NCBI GenBank assembly: GCA_965552135.1
Contig: CBEVQY010000031.1
Coordinates: 1-26,637, forward strand
Direction of reading: 5' to 3'
From: an uncultured bacterium
GTDB taxonomy: Bacteria; UBP14; UBA6098; B30-G16
Length of the DNA: 26,637 nucleotides
Under the pieces are notes generated by a model. The model saw only the letters and a list, made by a program, of their open reading frames with translations. It was not told the DNA's origin and made no database searches. Positions 16,056 through 23,941 of the stretch are shown in pieces (positions within the stretch are counted from its first letter, which is position 1; every line of letters starts with the position of its first letter). A program made the translations under genes and the position numbers.

Positions 16056-17792
16056 TTAGCGCTTTGTCCGCTTGGCTTCAAGCGGCAATCGCTCGGCTCC
16101 CTCCCCGGCAAGGTGCCTGAAGAGCGTTATCGTGCTGTCTGTGCCTACCGTGGGGTTTGCCACAGACCAGCTTATGACCCTTTCGTACTCGCGCTCCAGC
16201 CCGAGCTTTCCGGGATCGCACACGGGGAAGGTGAGGAAATATTCGTGCTTGCATTTGGCTGCGATTTTCCGCGGTTTGGCGCCGCCGCACGCCTCCAAAA
16301 GCTCGGGGACGAGAAGCCCGAGCACGTCGACCACGAAAAGCTTGGGCGCGAAATACCCGGGCGCGCCTATGTCGTGGACGAGAAGCCTTGTTCCTGGTGG
16401 GAGGTTTGCCGCGCACCAGCGGGCTGATCTGACCTGGAGACCGTTTATCTTGTGGACGTCAAGCCCGATGGAGAACGCCGCTCCCGTTGCCGCAACGACC
16501 ACCACAGCCGCAAGTGCGGCTCCCCTCAAAGCCCGCGAGGGCAGAAGCCAAAGCGCCATCGCCGAGGCGCAAAGCAAGGGCACAAGCGTAAGAAGGTGCG
16601 GGAAATGGGACCACCCAAAGAGCATCTGCTTTCCGGGCATCATGATCGAAGCCGAAAGGATCATATCGCCGAGCTTCTGCGCCCACAGTGGTGCAGCGGC
16701 GCAGGCGATGACCGCAGCGGCGAGGGTCGCCGAAGCCAAAAGTCTGTTGCGGGAAAGAAGGATCCCCGCGCAGCACCAGAGCATAAACGCGGGGAAGACC
16801 CAGGCGATGTACCTCCCCCACTGGATCGCACTTGGCGCCACAAGCACAGCCCGAAGGACGACGTAAGCCAAAGCCACGGCGAGAAGCCTTTTCCAAAAGC
16901 GCTTCGTTTGGGCTTTTCCGCGCCTTCCGAGCATCCATGCGCCGTATGCGGCGGGCAGGATCATTGCCGGCACGTGCGGGAAGAACGCCCCCAGCGCCGA
17001 GACTGTGCCGCGGACGGGGTAGAAGAGGAGGGCTTGTAGCGCCTCCTTTGCGTTGCCCGCCCGCAGTGCCCACAGGAGACCTTCGTCGGAGACTTTTGCG
17101 TAGAACGTTGCGGGAAGCGGCTTCCCCCACAGGGCGATGTGAAATGCGGCGAACGCTGCGGCGAAGGCAGCGAGGACAAATCCCGCCAAAAGCTTCCTCC
17201 GCCCGGGGACGAAAAAAAGCCACCAAAGCGCGGCAAAAAGCGAGTAATCCGGTCTTGCCCAAAGCGATAGCCCCGCTGCGCCCGCCGCAAGAAGAAAGCT
17301 CCCGCTCGACGTGAAGAGCAAACACAACCACACCAAAAGCACCGAAAGAAGGGTCTCCATCCCCGAGACGGCTGAGTGCATGATGGGGGGGATAATCGGC
17401 GTCGTCGCCGCCACAAGGAGCTGGACGTCGAACCCGAGGTTCAGCCTTCGCGCCAGCGCCGCCATCACAAGCGCGAGGGCGGCGAGCATAGGCAGCGTCG
17501 CGGCGACCGCCGCGGTGACTCCCCGAAGCCCAAAAGCATAGGGCAGAAAAAGCACAAACACCCAAAGCGGAGACGTGCACGCCGTAGACGTGGGGTGATT
17601 GCCGTAGCTCCAGAACTCTCCCTCGACGAGATTTCTGGCGTAGGCGGCGTGTATCCAGCCGTCGTCGAGGGGGAAGCCGAGGATCCCGCCGGAAAGTTCC
17701 CTCTCCCACCCAAAAGCCAAAAGGACCGCCATAAGCGCCGACGAAAGCGCCGCCGCGGAGAGCAAAAGATGCCTCCTCATCCCAGGGGACAT
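16056..17792 (-). CDS. polytopic GT-C-fold glycosyltransferase-like membrane protein (PMT/ArnT/AftB-like)
   Basis: First-loop acidic motif PLDDGWIHAAYARNL..G, then TSPLW, SGMET, ARPD, P.TFYAK, GRY and a soluble C-terminal HDIGAPGY...VDVLGL segment; many hydrophobic helices. Start placed at ATG 17792 after GAAGAGGTGA. Confidence 0.78.
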   Translation of the reverse strand: MSPGMRRHLLLSAAALSSALMAVLLAFGWERELSGGILGFPLDDGWIHAAYARNLVEGEFWSYGNHPTSTACTSPLWVFVLFLPYAFGLRGVTAAVAATLPMLAALALVMAALARRLNLGFDVQLLVAATTPIIPPIMHSAVSGMETLLSVLLVWLCLLFTSSGSFLLAAGAAGLSLWARPDYSLFAALWWLFFVPGRRKLLAGFVLAAFAAAFAAFHIALWGKPLPATFYAKVSDEGLLWALRAGNAKEALQALLFYPVRGTVSALGAFFPHVPAMILPAAYGAWMLGRRGKAQTKRFWKRLLAVALAYVVLRAVLVAPSAIQWGRYIAWVFPAFMLWCCAGILLSRNRLLASATLAAAVIACAAAPLWAQKLGDMILSASIMMPGKQMLFGWSHFPHLLTLVPLLCASAMALWLLPSRALRGAALAAVVVVAATGAAFSIGLDVHKINGLQVRSARWCAANLPPGTRLLVHDIGAPGYFAPKLFVVDVLGLLVPELLEACGGAKPRKIAAKCKHEYFLTFPVCDPGKLGLEREYERVISWSVANPTVGTDSTITLFRHLAGEGAERLPLEAKRTKR

Positions 17793-17794
17793 CG

Positions 17795-18742
17795 TCACCT
17801 CTTCCTCCACGAGCTGTTCCAAAGGGCGAAGATAATCCCTCCCACCACGCCGGCTGCCACTGAGATGCCGAAGACGACGATGGAAACCAAGAATCCCTTG
17901 CTCTGCGTTGATCCGAACAGTGCGAAGAAGTATGCGAAGCTTGCCTCGCGAACGCCTATCGCGTTAAGCGATATGGGGATAAGGCTTATCACCCACACAA
18001 GTGGCACCGTTGCGAAGTAGAACTGCAGCGGCATTTTTGCGCCCGCAAACGCTCCCGCAAGCGCAACGACGAGTATTATCGACGCCTGATAAAGCGCCGA
18101 CGCCAGGAAACCTGTGGCAAGCGTTTTCGGCATGTGGCGGTAGCTTCGGAGCGTTTTGGCGAAGTTGCCAAGCTTCTCCCCAAGACCGAAGGGCAAAAAC
18201 CCAAAGAGTTTTTCGGCGATGACCTCGCTGGGCAAAAGCATGAAAGCCGCCACGAAAAGCCAAAGCCCGGCGTTCAGCGCCACCGACGCCGCCACAACCT
18301 GCGGTCGATAGTCCACAAAGGGCAGCGCCAGAAGGGAGAGGAACACCGTGGCGAGGATCCCGGTAACCCTTTCGGCAAGAACCGATGAGTATGCGGACGC
18401 CATGTTGTCGATGGCGCGACCGGCGATATAGCCTCTCACAACGTCGCCTCCCACCCCCGACGGCAGGAAGTTGTTGAAGAAGTACCCGATGTAGTACAGC
18501 GCGACAAGCTTCCAGTAGGATATGCGTCCGAAGGGCTTTATGAATATCGACCAGCGCCATCCGCCCAGAAGGACGGTTGCGCAGAAAGCCAGCGCCACCA
18601 CAGGCAGCGCCGAGGGCGGAAAGCGCCTGATGTTCGCCGTAAACTCGGCAAGGTCTATCTTGACGATGACAAGGTAGATAAGCGCTGCGCTCACAAGCGC
18701 TTTTGCGAGGGTGAGCAAAGCGTTTTTGACGCTCTGTTTCAA
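17795..18742 (-). CDS. lysylphosphatidylglycerol-synthase TM / flippase-like domain protein (UPF0104, AglD2-like)
   Basis: WRW, YYIGYFFNNFLPSGVGGDVVRGY, ERVTG and IPISLNAIGVREASF motifs; about 8 TM helices. Confidence 0.88.
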   Translation of the reverse strand: MKQSVKNALLTLAKALVSAALIYLVIVKIDLAEFTANIRRFPPSALPVVALAFCATVLLGGWRWSIFIKPFGRISYWKLVALYYIGYFFNNFLPSGVGGDVVRGYIAGRAIDNMASAYSSVLAERVTGILATVFLSLLALPFVDYRPQVVAASVALNAGLWLFVAAFMLLPSEVIAEKLFGFLPFGLGEKLGNFAKTLRSYRHMPKTLATGFLASALYQASIILVVALAGAFAGAKMPLQFYFATVPLVWVISLIPISLNAIGVREASFAYFFALFGSTQSKGFLVSIVVFGISVAAGVVGGIIFALWNSSWRKR

Positions 18743-18747
18743 ACGGC

Positions 18748-19533
18748 TTACCTTCCGGCTGCGTTCGTCGGCATCCAGGGCAGAGCCCTTTCGTATTTGA
18801 CCTCCACAAGCACGAGTCCCTGCGGCGGCGCAGTGTTGTATTCACAAACCCTCTCGCCCGAAAAAAGCATTTCGCGAAAGCCCTCCTCCTCGATCCTCCC
18901 ACGGACGACGTCGACCATCGCGCCAACAAGGGAGCGCACCATCTTGTGCAGAAACCTGTTGCCCTCTATCTCGAACACAAGCTTTTCGCCATCTGTCCTC
19001 CAGGTAGCAAAGCTTATCCGGCAGCGCGGGTTCTGCGGGAGATCTCGTGCGATGGAGAAGGGGGCGAAGTTGTGCTCGCCCAAAATAAGCGTCGAAAGCT
19101 TTGCGAGCTTTGCGCCTGCGTCGTCGATCTGGGCAAGCTGCGGCAGCCACCAGCTGAACCGAACGCCGAAAGGATCCTTCCAGAGCGTTATCGTGTACCG
19201 GTAGAGCTTTGTTTTTGCGTCGAACCGCGCGCTGAAGCGGTCCTTCACCTCCCCCGCGGCGACGACAGCTACATCGGGCGGAAGCATTTTGTTCAGCCGC
19301 CCCGCGAGGTCGACGGGCTCGTACCTGCGATCCGCAGTAAACGAAACCACCTGACCCAAAGCGTGAACTCCCCTGTCTGTCCTCGAGGCGCCCGTCGTCC
19401 TAACGTCGCCCAAAAGCTTGAGCAAAGCGCCCTCCAAAACGCCCTGTATCGTGGGGAGTTGAGGCTGTTTCTGCCAGCCGTAGTAGTTTGTGCCGTCGTA
19501 GGCAAGCTTTAATATGTACGTCGTCTTCGACAC
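18748..19533 (-). CDS. truA: tRNA pseudouridine(38-40) synthase
   Basis: LAYDGTNYYGWQKQ, GASRTDRGVHALGQV, FSARFDA..K.YRY, GNRFLHKMVRSLVG and TAPPQGLVL motifs. The start is most likely GTG 19533; the track's extension to 20286 is antisense to skp. Confidence 0.95.
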   Translation of the reverse strand: MSKTTYILKLAYDGTNYYGWQKQPQLPTIQGVLEGALLKLLGDVRTTGASRTDRGVHALGQVVSFTADRRYEPVDLAGRLNKMLPPDVAVVAAGEVKDRFSARFDAKTKLYRYTITLWKDPFGVRFSWWLPQLAQIDDAGAKLAKLSTLILGEHNFAPFSIARDLPQNPRCRISFATWRTDGEKLVFEIEGNRFLHKMVRSLVGAMVDVVRGRIEEEGFREMLFSGERVCEYNTAPPQGLVLVEVKYERALPWMPTNAAGR

Positions 19534-19539
19534 GAAGGA

Positions 19540-19655
19540 AAGATAAGCGAGCCCGCCGCTGCCGCAAGAGCTCGTTTCGACAAAAGCTTTCCTCGAAAAG
19601 AGCTTGCTATGCCAGCCAACGCCTGTTATTCTTGTGCAAGGTAAAACGAAGGAGG
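19540..19655. promoter_or_regulatory. divergent promoter region for truA (-) and skp-lpxD (+) with a central palindrome
   Basis: Plus strand: TTGCTA (19604-19609), 17 bp, TG-extended TATTCT (19627-19632), AAGGAGG RBS (19649-19655). Minus strand: TTGCGG (19567-19562), 16 bp, TATCTT (19545-19540). An imperfect palindrome spans 19569-19604. Confidence 0.62.
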
Positions 19656-19662
19656 CGGCGGT

Positions 19663-20175
19663 ATGCGCAGGGTGTTTTTGGTGACGGCTCTTTTGGCTAT
19701 CTTGGGCGTTGCCTTTGGGGGGGAGTTTAGGGTGGCGTATTTCGACTCCGACAGGCTCCGCAACGAGTGGGATGAATGGAAGGACGCACAGGCTAAATTC
19801 GACCAGGACGTCGCCAACTGGCAGAAAAAAGCCCAGGAGATGGAGCAAGAGATAATGGAGCTCCAGGAGGAGTATCAAAGGCAGGAGCTTTTGCTTTCGG
19901 AGGAGAAGAAGCAGGAGAAGCAGATGCTCATCCAGCAGAAGCAGCAGGAGTATCAGGACTTTTTGGCGTCGATCTTCGGCGAGGACGGTCTTGCCGCCAG
20001 GCGGAATGCGGAGCTCACAAAACCCCTCTACGAGAAGCTCAACCGCGCCCTCTCCAAAATAGCCGAGCGCGAGGGGTACTCCGTCATATTCGACATAAAC
20101 GGCAGCGGCATAGCCTACATCGACCCCTCCCTCGATATAACCGACGAACTTCTCGAGCAGCTTAAGTCGGAGTGA
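19663..20175 (+). CDS. skp: OmpH/Skp periplasmic outer-membrane-protein chaperone
   Basis: Signal peptide, FRVAYFDS, a long Q/E/K-rich coiled coil, and IAEREGYSVIFD...IAYIDPSLDITDELL; lies upstream of lpxD. Confidence 0.93.
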   Translation: MRRVFLVTALLAILGVAFGGEFRVAYFDSDRLRNEWDEWKDAQAKFDQDVANWQKKAQEMEQEIMELQEEYQRQELLLSEEKKQEKQMLIQQKQQEYQDFLASIFGEDGLAARRNAELTKPLYEKLNRALSKIAEREGYSVIFDINGSGIAYIDPSLDITDELLEQLKSE

Positions 20176-21167
20176 TGAAGGTAAGGGAGCTTGCAGAGCT
20201 TTTGGGTTGCGATTTTCGGGGCGACGGCGAAAGGGAGATAAAAGCCCCCGCAAGGCTTCAGGATGCCCGCGAGGACGAGCTCTCATTCTACCACAACCCC
20301 CGCTACAGAAGGTATCTTCTCACCACCCGCGCTGCCGCCGTCATCATACGGCAGAGGGATATCCCCCAGGGCGCGAGGTTTTCCGCGATACTCTCCGAAA
20401 ACCCGCTTGATGATTTCCGAAGGAGCGTTGAGATACTCGTTCCGCAGAGGCGACCCAAGCCTTATATATCTCCGCTTGCCGCGATAGACCCGGACGCGGT
20501 GCTTGGCGAGGGCGTGCGCGTGGAGCACTTTGCCGTCATTGGACGGGCTGAGATCGGCGAAGGAACGATAATCGGCGCACTCGCCGTGATCGGCGACGGG
20601 GTGAGGATAGGCAAAAACTGCAGGATATACCCCCACGTCGTCATCTACGACGGCGTTGAGCTTGGGGACAACGTCGTTGTGCACGCGGGCGCCGTCCTGG
20701 GTGCCGATGGCTTCGGATACTCCAGAACCGACGACGGCAAGTTCCACAAAATCCCGCAGGTCGGCAGGCTCGTCATCGAGGACGACGTGGAGATAGGCGC
20801 CAACACCACCATCGACCGCGCATCGCTGGGGAGATCAGTGATAGGCAGGGGGAGCAAGATAGACAACCTCGTTCAGATAGGTCACAACGTTGAGCTTGGT
20901 CCCGACTGCGCCGTTGCGGGTCAGGCTGGCATAGCCGGGAGCTGCAAGCTTGGGCGGGGCGTCCTTCTGGGCGGTCAGGCGGGGCTTTCCGGACACATAG
21001 AGCTTGGCGACGGCGTCGTCGTCTACGCGCAGTCGGGCGTCGATAAGTCGTTCGGCGATGGGGTCGTTCTCTTCGGCTCCCCGGCTCGACCCGCCCGAAA
21101 AGCCTTCAGGGCGCTTGCCGCGCTCGAGAGACTGCCCGAGCTTCTCAAAAAGCTTGCAAAGGAATAG
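20175..21167 (+). CDS. lpxD: UDP-3-O-(3-hydroxyacyl)glucosamine N-acyltransferase
   Basis: Hexapeptide repeats, LGADGFGY, KIPQVGRLVIEDDVEIGANTTIDR, KIDNLVQIGHNV and GSPARP; ATG 20175 overlaps the skp stop (TGATG). Confidence 0.96.
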   Translation: MKVRELAELLGCDFRGDGEREIKAPARLQDAREDELSFYHNPRYRRYLLTTRAAAVIIRQRDIPQGARFSAILSENPLDDFRRSVEILVPQRRPKPYISPLAAIDPDAVLGEGVRVEHFAVIGRAEIGEGTIIGALAVIGDGVRIGKNCRIYPHVVIYDGVELGDNVVVHAGAVLGADGFGYSRTDDGKFHKIPQVGRLVIEDDVEIGANTTIDRASLGRSVIGRGSKIDNLVQIGHNVELGPDCAVAGQAGIAGSCKLGRGVLLGGQAGLSGHIELGDGVVVYAQSGVDKSFGDGVVLFGSPARPARKAFRALAALERLPELLKKLAKE

Positions 21168-21196
21168 TTCCTGAGCTTCCTCGCCCCTGTTGGTGT

Positions 21197-21232
21197 TTGC
21201 CGCCGCATACGAGATGCCCTATATTTTTGACG
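21197..21232 (+). promoter_or_regulatory. putative promoter giving a leaderless transcript of the TPR-BTAD regulator
   Basis: TTGCCG (21197-21202), 17 bp, TATATT (21220-21225), 7 nt, in-frame ATG 21233; no SD sequence. Confidence 0.6.
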
Positions 21233-23872
21233 ATGACGGTTTGGGCAGGACACTTCTCCGCTGGAGATATCGCCAGGCTCGTCGAGGAGGAGCTTGGGAT
21301 AAGCGAACACGTTTCGTTTGCCTGGGGGGAGGTTCTTCACCGCTTTACCGCGGGAGTTGCGCCCCTTGTGCGCGTTGTGGTAAGCAGGCTCAAAAGAAGC
21401 GTTGCCGGCGGCGCAGAGCTGCCCTTCCAGTACGTGGAGCTTGTGGAGCGCGAAGTCAACTCCCACATCGGCATAGCCTTCGATGAGCAGATAAGCGCCC
21501 TCGACGAAAAGGGACTTGAGAGCCTTTATTATGTTTGCGAGGCTGATCGCACCTCGGGCAGGCTTTCGGTCGAGCTTTTCAGCGCCCTGCTCGGCAGCCA
21601 CGCCTCAAGATGCCTCGATGAGCTTATCGCAAGGGAGCTTTGCTCGTTCAACGGGATAGACATCACCCCAAGGTGCGACGCGCTGCGGGACTACGTCCTT
21701 GCGGAGATCGATGAGGCTAAGGCACGCGCATGGCTTGGAAAGCTTGTTCGCACCGCCGTCAGGCTCGAGTCCCACGACCTGCACGCCGCAATATCGTACC
21801 TCGCCGCGGCTGCGCAGAAGAATATTATGCCGTTCGAGGAGATCATAGACATCCTCTCGAGGCTTGTTGGCAGGCGCTGGAGGGCTTTTTTAAGCCGCGG
21901 CGTCGCGCCCGCGGGCAGGCTGGCTCGGATCATCGGAAACAAGCTCGCAAAGCAAAAGCCCCTGCTTTACGTCAAGCTCTCCCTTCTGGATGCCTCCCTT
22001 TTTGCGGACCCTGAGCGCGCAGAGCAGCTTAAGGAGTTTTGCGAGCGTCGCTGCCCCAAAAATCCGCACATCGCCGCCGCAACCGGATATGTGCTCTCCC
22101 TGGCATACGCGTATCGCGGGGAGAGGGAGATGGCTTCGCGCATCCTTGCGCAAACGATCGCGCAACTCGCCAAAAACAAAACCAAAATGGGGCGAAAGGA
22201 AAGAGCCCTCTTCTACATAAACCTCCTTGCCGTTCATCTCTACACGCTTGAGCAGCGATATCCCCACAGGGCTTTTCATCACGCGCGCCTTGCCGAGCGG
22301 ATCTGTTTGCTTGCCGAAAGGCTTGGCATGCCGGCACCCTTGAGGTTTCAGCTCGAGCTTATCGCCAGCCACTTTTGTTCTCTTGTGCCCGATATAGGTC
22401 GCTCTGCGCATCACCTCCAGAACGCCGTTGATCTGGCGCGCAGGGCTAAGTTCTACGAAGGCTATGTCCACGCGGTGCTGCAGCTTGCGTACGTGTGGGC
22501 ACTTGAGGGGAACTCCAAGGCTGCCCTTGAGCTTCTTGTTGAGGCTGAGGATTTTCGGCGCTGGGCAAGCACGCCGAGGGTGAACGTCGGTGCATGGCGG
22601 GCAAGCACTCTGGGCGCACTGGGGCTTTGGAACGAGGCGAAGGTGTGCTTTGCCGCAGCACTGCGGGATGAGCGGCAGGTGAAGGTTCAGCGCGAGGTCT
22701 GGACCTACCAGCTTGCCAAATGCCTCACGCTTTTGGGCGAATGGCGGGCTGCCATGGACTTTCTGCCGCTTCTTCCCGAGCCCACAAGGGACAAGGCGAT
22801 GGCGCAAGCCCTGGCATACGACCCCGGGGCGAACCACAGAGCGCTGCTTGAGAAGATAAAAAGCGTTAAGGATTACGGCAGCGTCATCGATAAAAAGATA
22901 GCGGCGGAGGCTGAGGCTAAGCTTTTGGCAAGGCTGGGGAGATTCGACGAGGTGCTTGAGGTCTTTGAGCAGCTTGAGTCCTTTGGTCCAGGTCTTGTCC
23001 CAAAGCTCGAGACATTGAACCTTATTATCTTTTTGCTGCAGACGGGGCTTTCGCCGCGCAAAAAGGAGCATCTGTCCAGATTCGTCGAGCTTGCCTCCGA
23101 GGCTGTTACGGTGCTTTCCACCGACCCCGGCTACAGACAGCCCTACGTCCTTCAGGAGCTTGCCGCAAAGTCGAGAACAGCCCTGGGCAGATGGCTTTCG
23201 AGAATGCTGGGCAAATTCTCCTTCCTGAGGGTTGCAGAATCGCCCTACGACGTCAAGGTTTTCATTCTGGGGGATTGGCGCATAGAGGATCCCAGGCGCG
23301 GCGTCTCCATCGGTCCCGACGTGCTTCGCGGCGAAAAAACGCGGGCAATCTTCGCCGAGCTTGTGGCGGGATACCTTTGGGGCGTAAACCTCACCGCCGA
23401 CACAATCGCCTACAACGTGTGGGGCGAGATGGAGATGAAAAAGCTCTACAACAACTTCCACGTCAACATGAGCCGCCTGCGCAAATACACAAGCGCCGTA
23501 AACGATGAACTCATAGTCTACGACGGTCAGTACTATTCGCTGAACCACAACCTCTCGATCTACATCGACGCCTTGGACTTCATCGACAGCTGCGCCGAAG
23601 GCGACAGACTTGTCAAGGAGGGGAAGCTCCAGGAAGCTGTGGAGACGTACAAGAAGGCTCTCGCCGTCGTTGCCGGACCAGCCTTCCCAAAGGTGTACTC
23701 CGACACAGCCGAGCAGATGAGGTATCAGATAGAGTTTTTGCTCGCCAAGGTCTTCAACAAGATGCTCGACGCCTTAGATGCCCTTGGGATGTACGTTGAG
23801 CGTGAGCGTTTGATGCTTCGCTGGCGGAACAGGGAGCCCATAAAGTCGATGCTTTCGCAGCGGGGCATCTGA
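21233..23872 (+). CDS. STAND-derived TPR-like transcriptional regulator with a C-terminal winged-helix + BTAD (SARP-like) module
   Basis: The C-terminus (VKVFILGDWRI...EKTRAIFAELV...IAYNVWGE...NNFHVNMSRLRK...YSLN...IDALDF...YKKALAVVAG) is a wHTH+BTAD pattern. The centre has Ala/Leu-rich helical repeats and the N-terminus resembles STAND HD/WHD. The start is uncertain (track 21197; ATG 21233 preferred). Confidence 0.78.
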   Translation: MTVWAGHFSAGDIARLVEEELGISEHVSFAWGEVLHRFTAGVAPLVRVVVSRLKRSVAGGAELPFQYVELVEREVNSHIGIAFDEQISALDEKGLESLYYVCEADRTSGRLSVELFSALLGSHASRCLDELIARELCSFNGIDITPRCDALRDYVLAEIDEAKARAWLGKLVRTAVRLESHDLHAAISYLAAAAQKNIMPFEEIIDILSRLVGRRWRAFLSRGVAPAGRLARIIGNKLAKQKPLLYVKLSLLDASLFADPERAEQLKEFCERRCPKNPHIAAATGYVLSLAYAYRGEREMASRILAQTIAQLAKNKTKMGRKERALFYINLLAVHLYTLEQRYPHRAFHHARLAERICLLAERLGMPAPLRFQLELIASHFCSLVPDIGRSAHHLQNAVDLARRAKFYEGYVHAVLQLAYVWALEGNSKAALELLVEAEDFRRWASTPRVNVGAWRASTLGALGLWNEAKVCFAAALRDERQVKVQREVWTYQLAKCLTLLGEWRAAMDFLPLLPEPTRDKAMAQALAYDPGANHRALLEKIKSVKDYGSVIDKKIAAEAEAKLLARLGRFDEVLEVFEQLESFGPGLVPKLETLNLIIFLLQTGLSPRKKEHLSRFVELASEAVTVLSTDPGYRQPYVLQELAAKSRTALGRWLSRMLGKFSFLRVAESPYDVKVFILGDWRIEDPRRGVSIGPDVLRGEKTRAIFAELVAGYLWGVNLTADTIAYNVWGEMEMKKLYNNFHVNMSRLRKYTSAVNDELIVYDGQYYSLNHNLSIYIDALDFIDSCAEGDRLVKEGKLQEAVETYKKALAVVAGPAFPKVYSDTAEQMRYQIEFLLAKVFNKMLDALDALGMYVERERLMLRWRNREPIKSMLSQRGI

Positions 23873-23881
23873 AGACAGTTG

Positions 23882-23915
23882 GGGCGGCTCCCCGAAAGTT
23901 TTTTGGGAGCCGCCC
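23882..23915. terminator. GC-rich hairpin between convergent genes, probable bidirectional terminator
   Basis: GGGCGGCTCCC (23882-23892) and GGGAGCCGCCC (23905-23915) form a perfect 11-bp stem; there is no classical U-tract directly after it. Confidence 0.65.
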
Positions 23916-23941
23916 GTGCGTTTGAGATGCCAGCCGCGCGG

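Noticed and set aside
16459..17709. 416-aa alternative-frame ORF inside the GT-C gene
   Set aside because: Its Arg/Gly/Pro-rich composition is typical of off-frame GC-rich sequence, and the 588-aa frame carries the family motifs.
19534..20286. 250-aa N-terminal extension of TruA suggesting a fusion
   Set aside because: It is the antisense reading of skp (poly-Leu from CAG/GAG/AAG codons) and crosses the divergent promoter; TruA homology begins near 19533.
21890..23548. 552-aa minus-strand ORF opposite the regulator
   Set aside because: It is fully antisense to a coherent TPR-BTAD gene and shows no recognisable domain; long shadow ORFs are common throughout this window.
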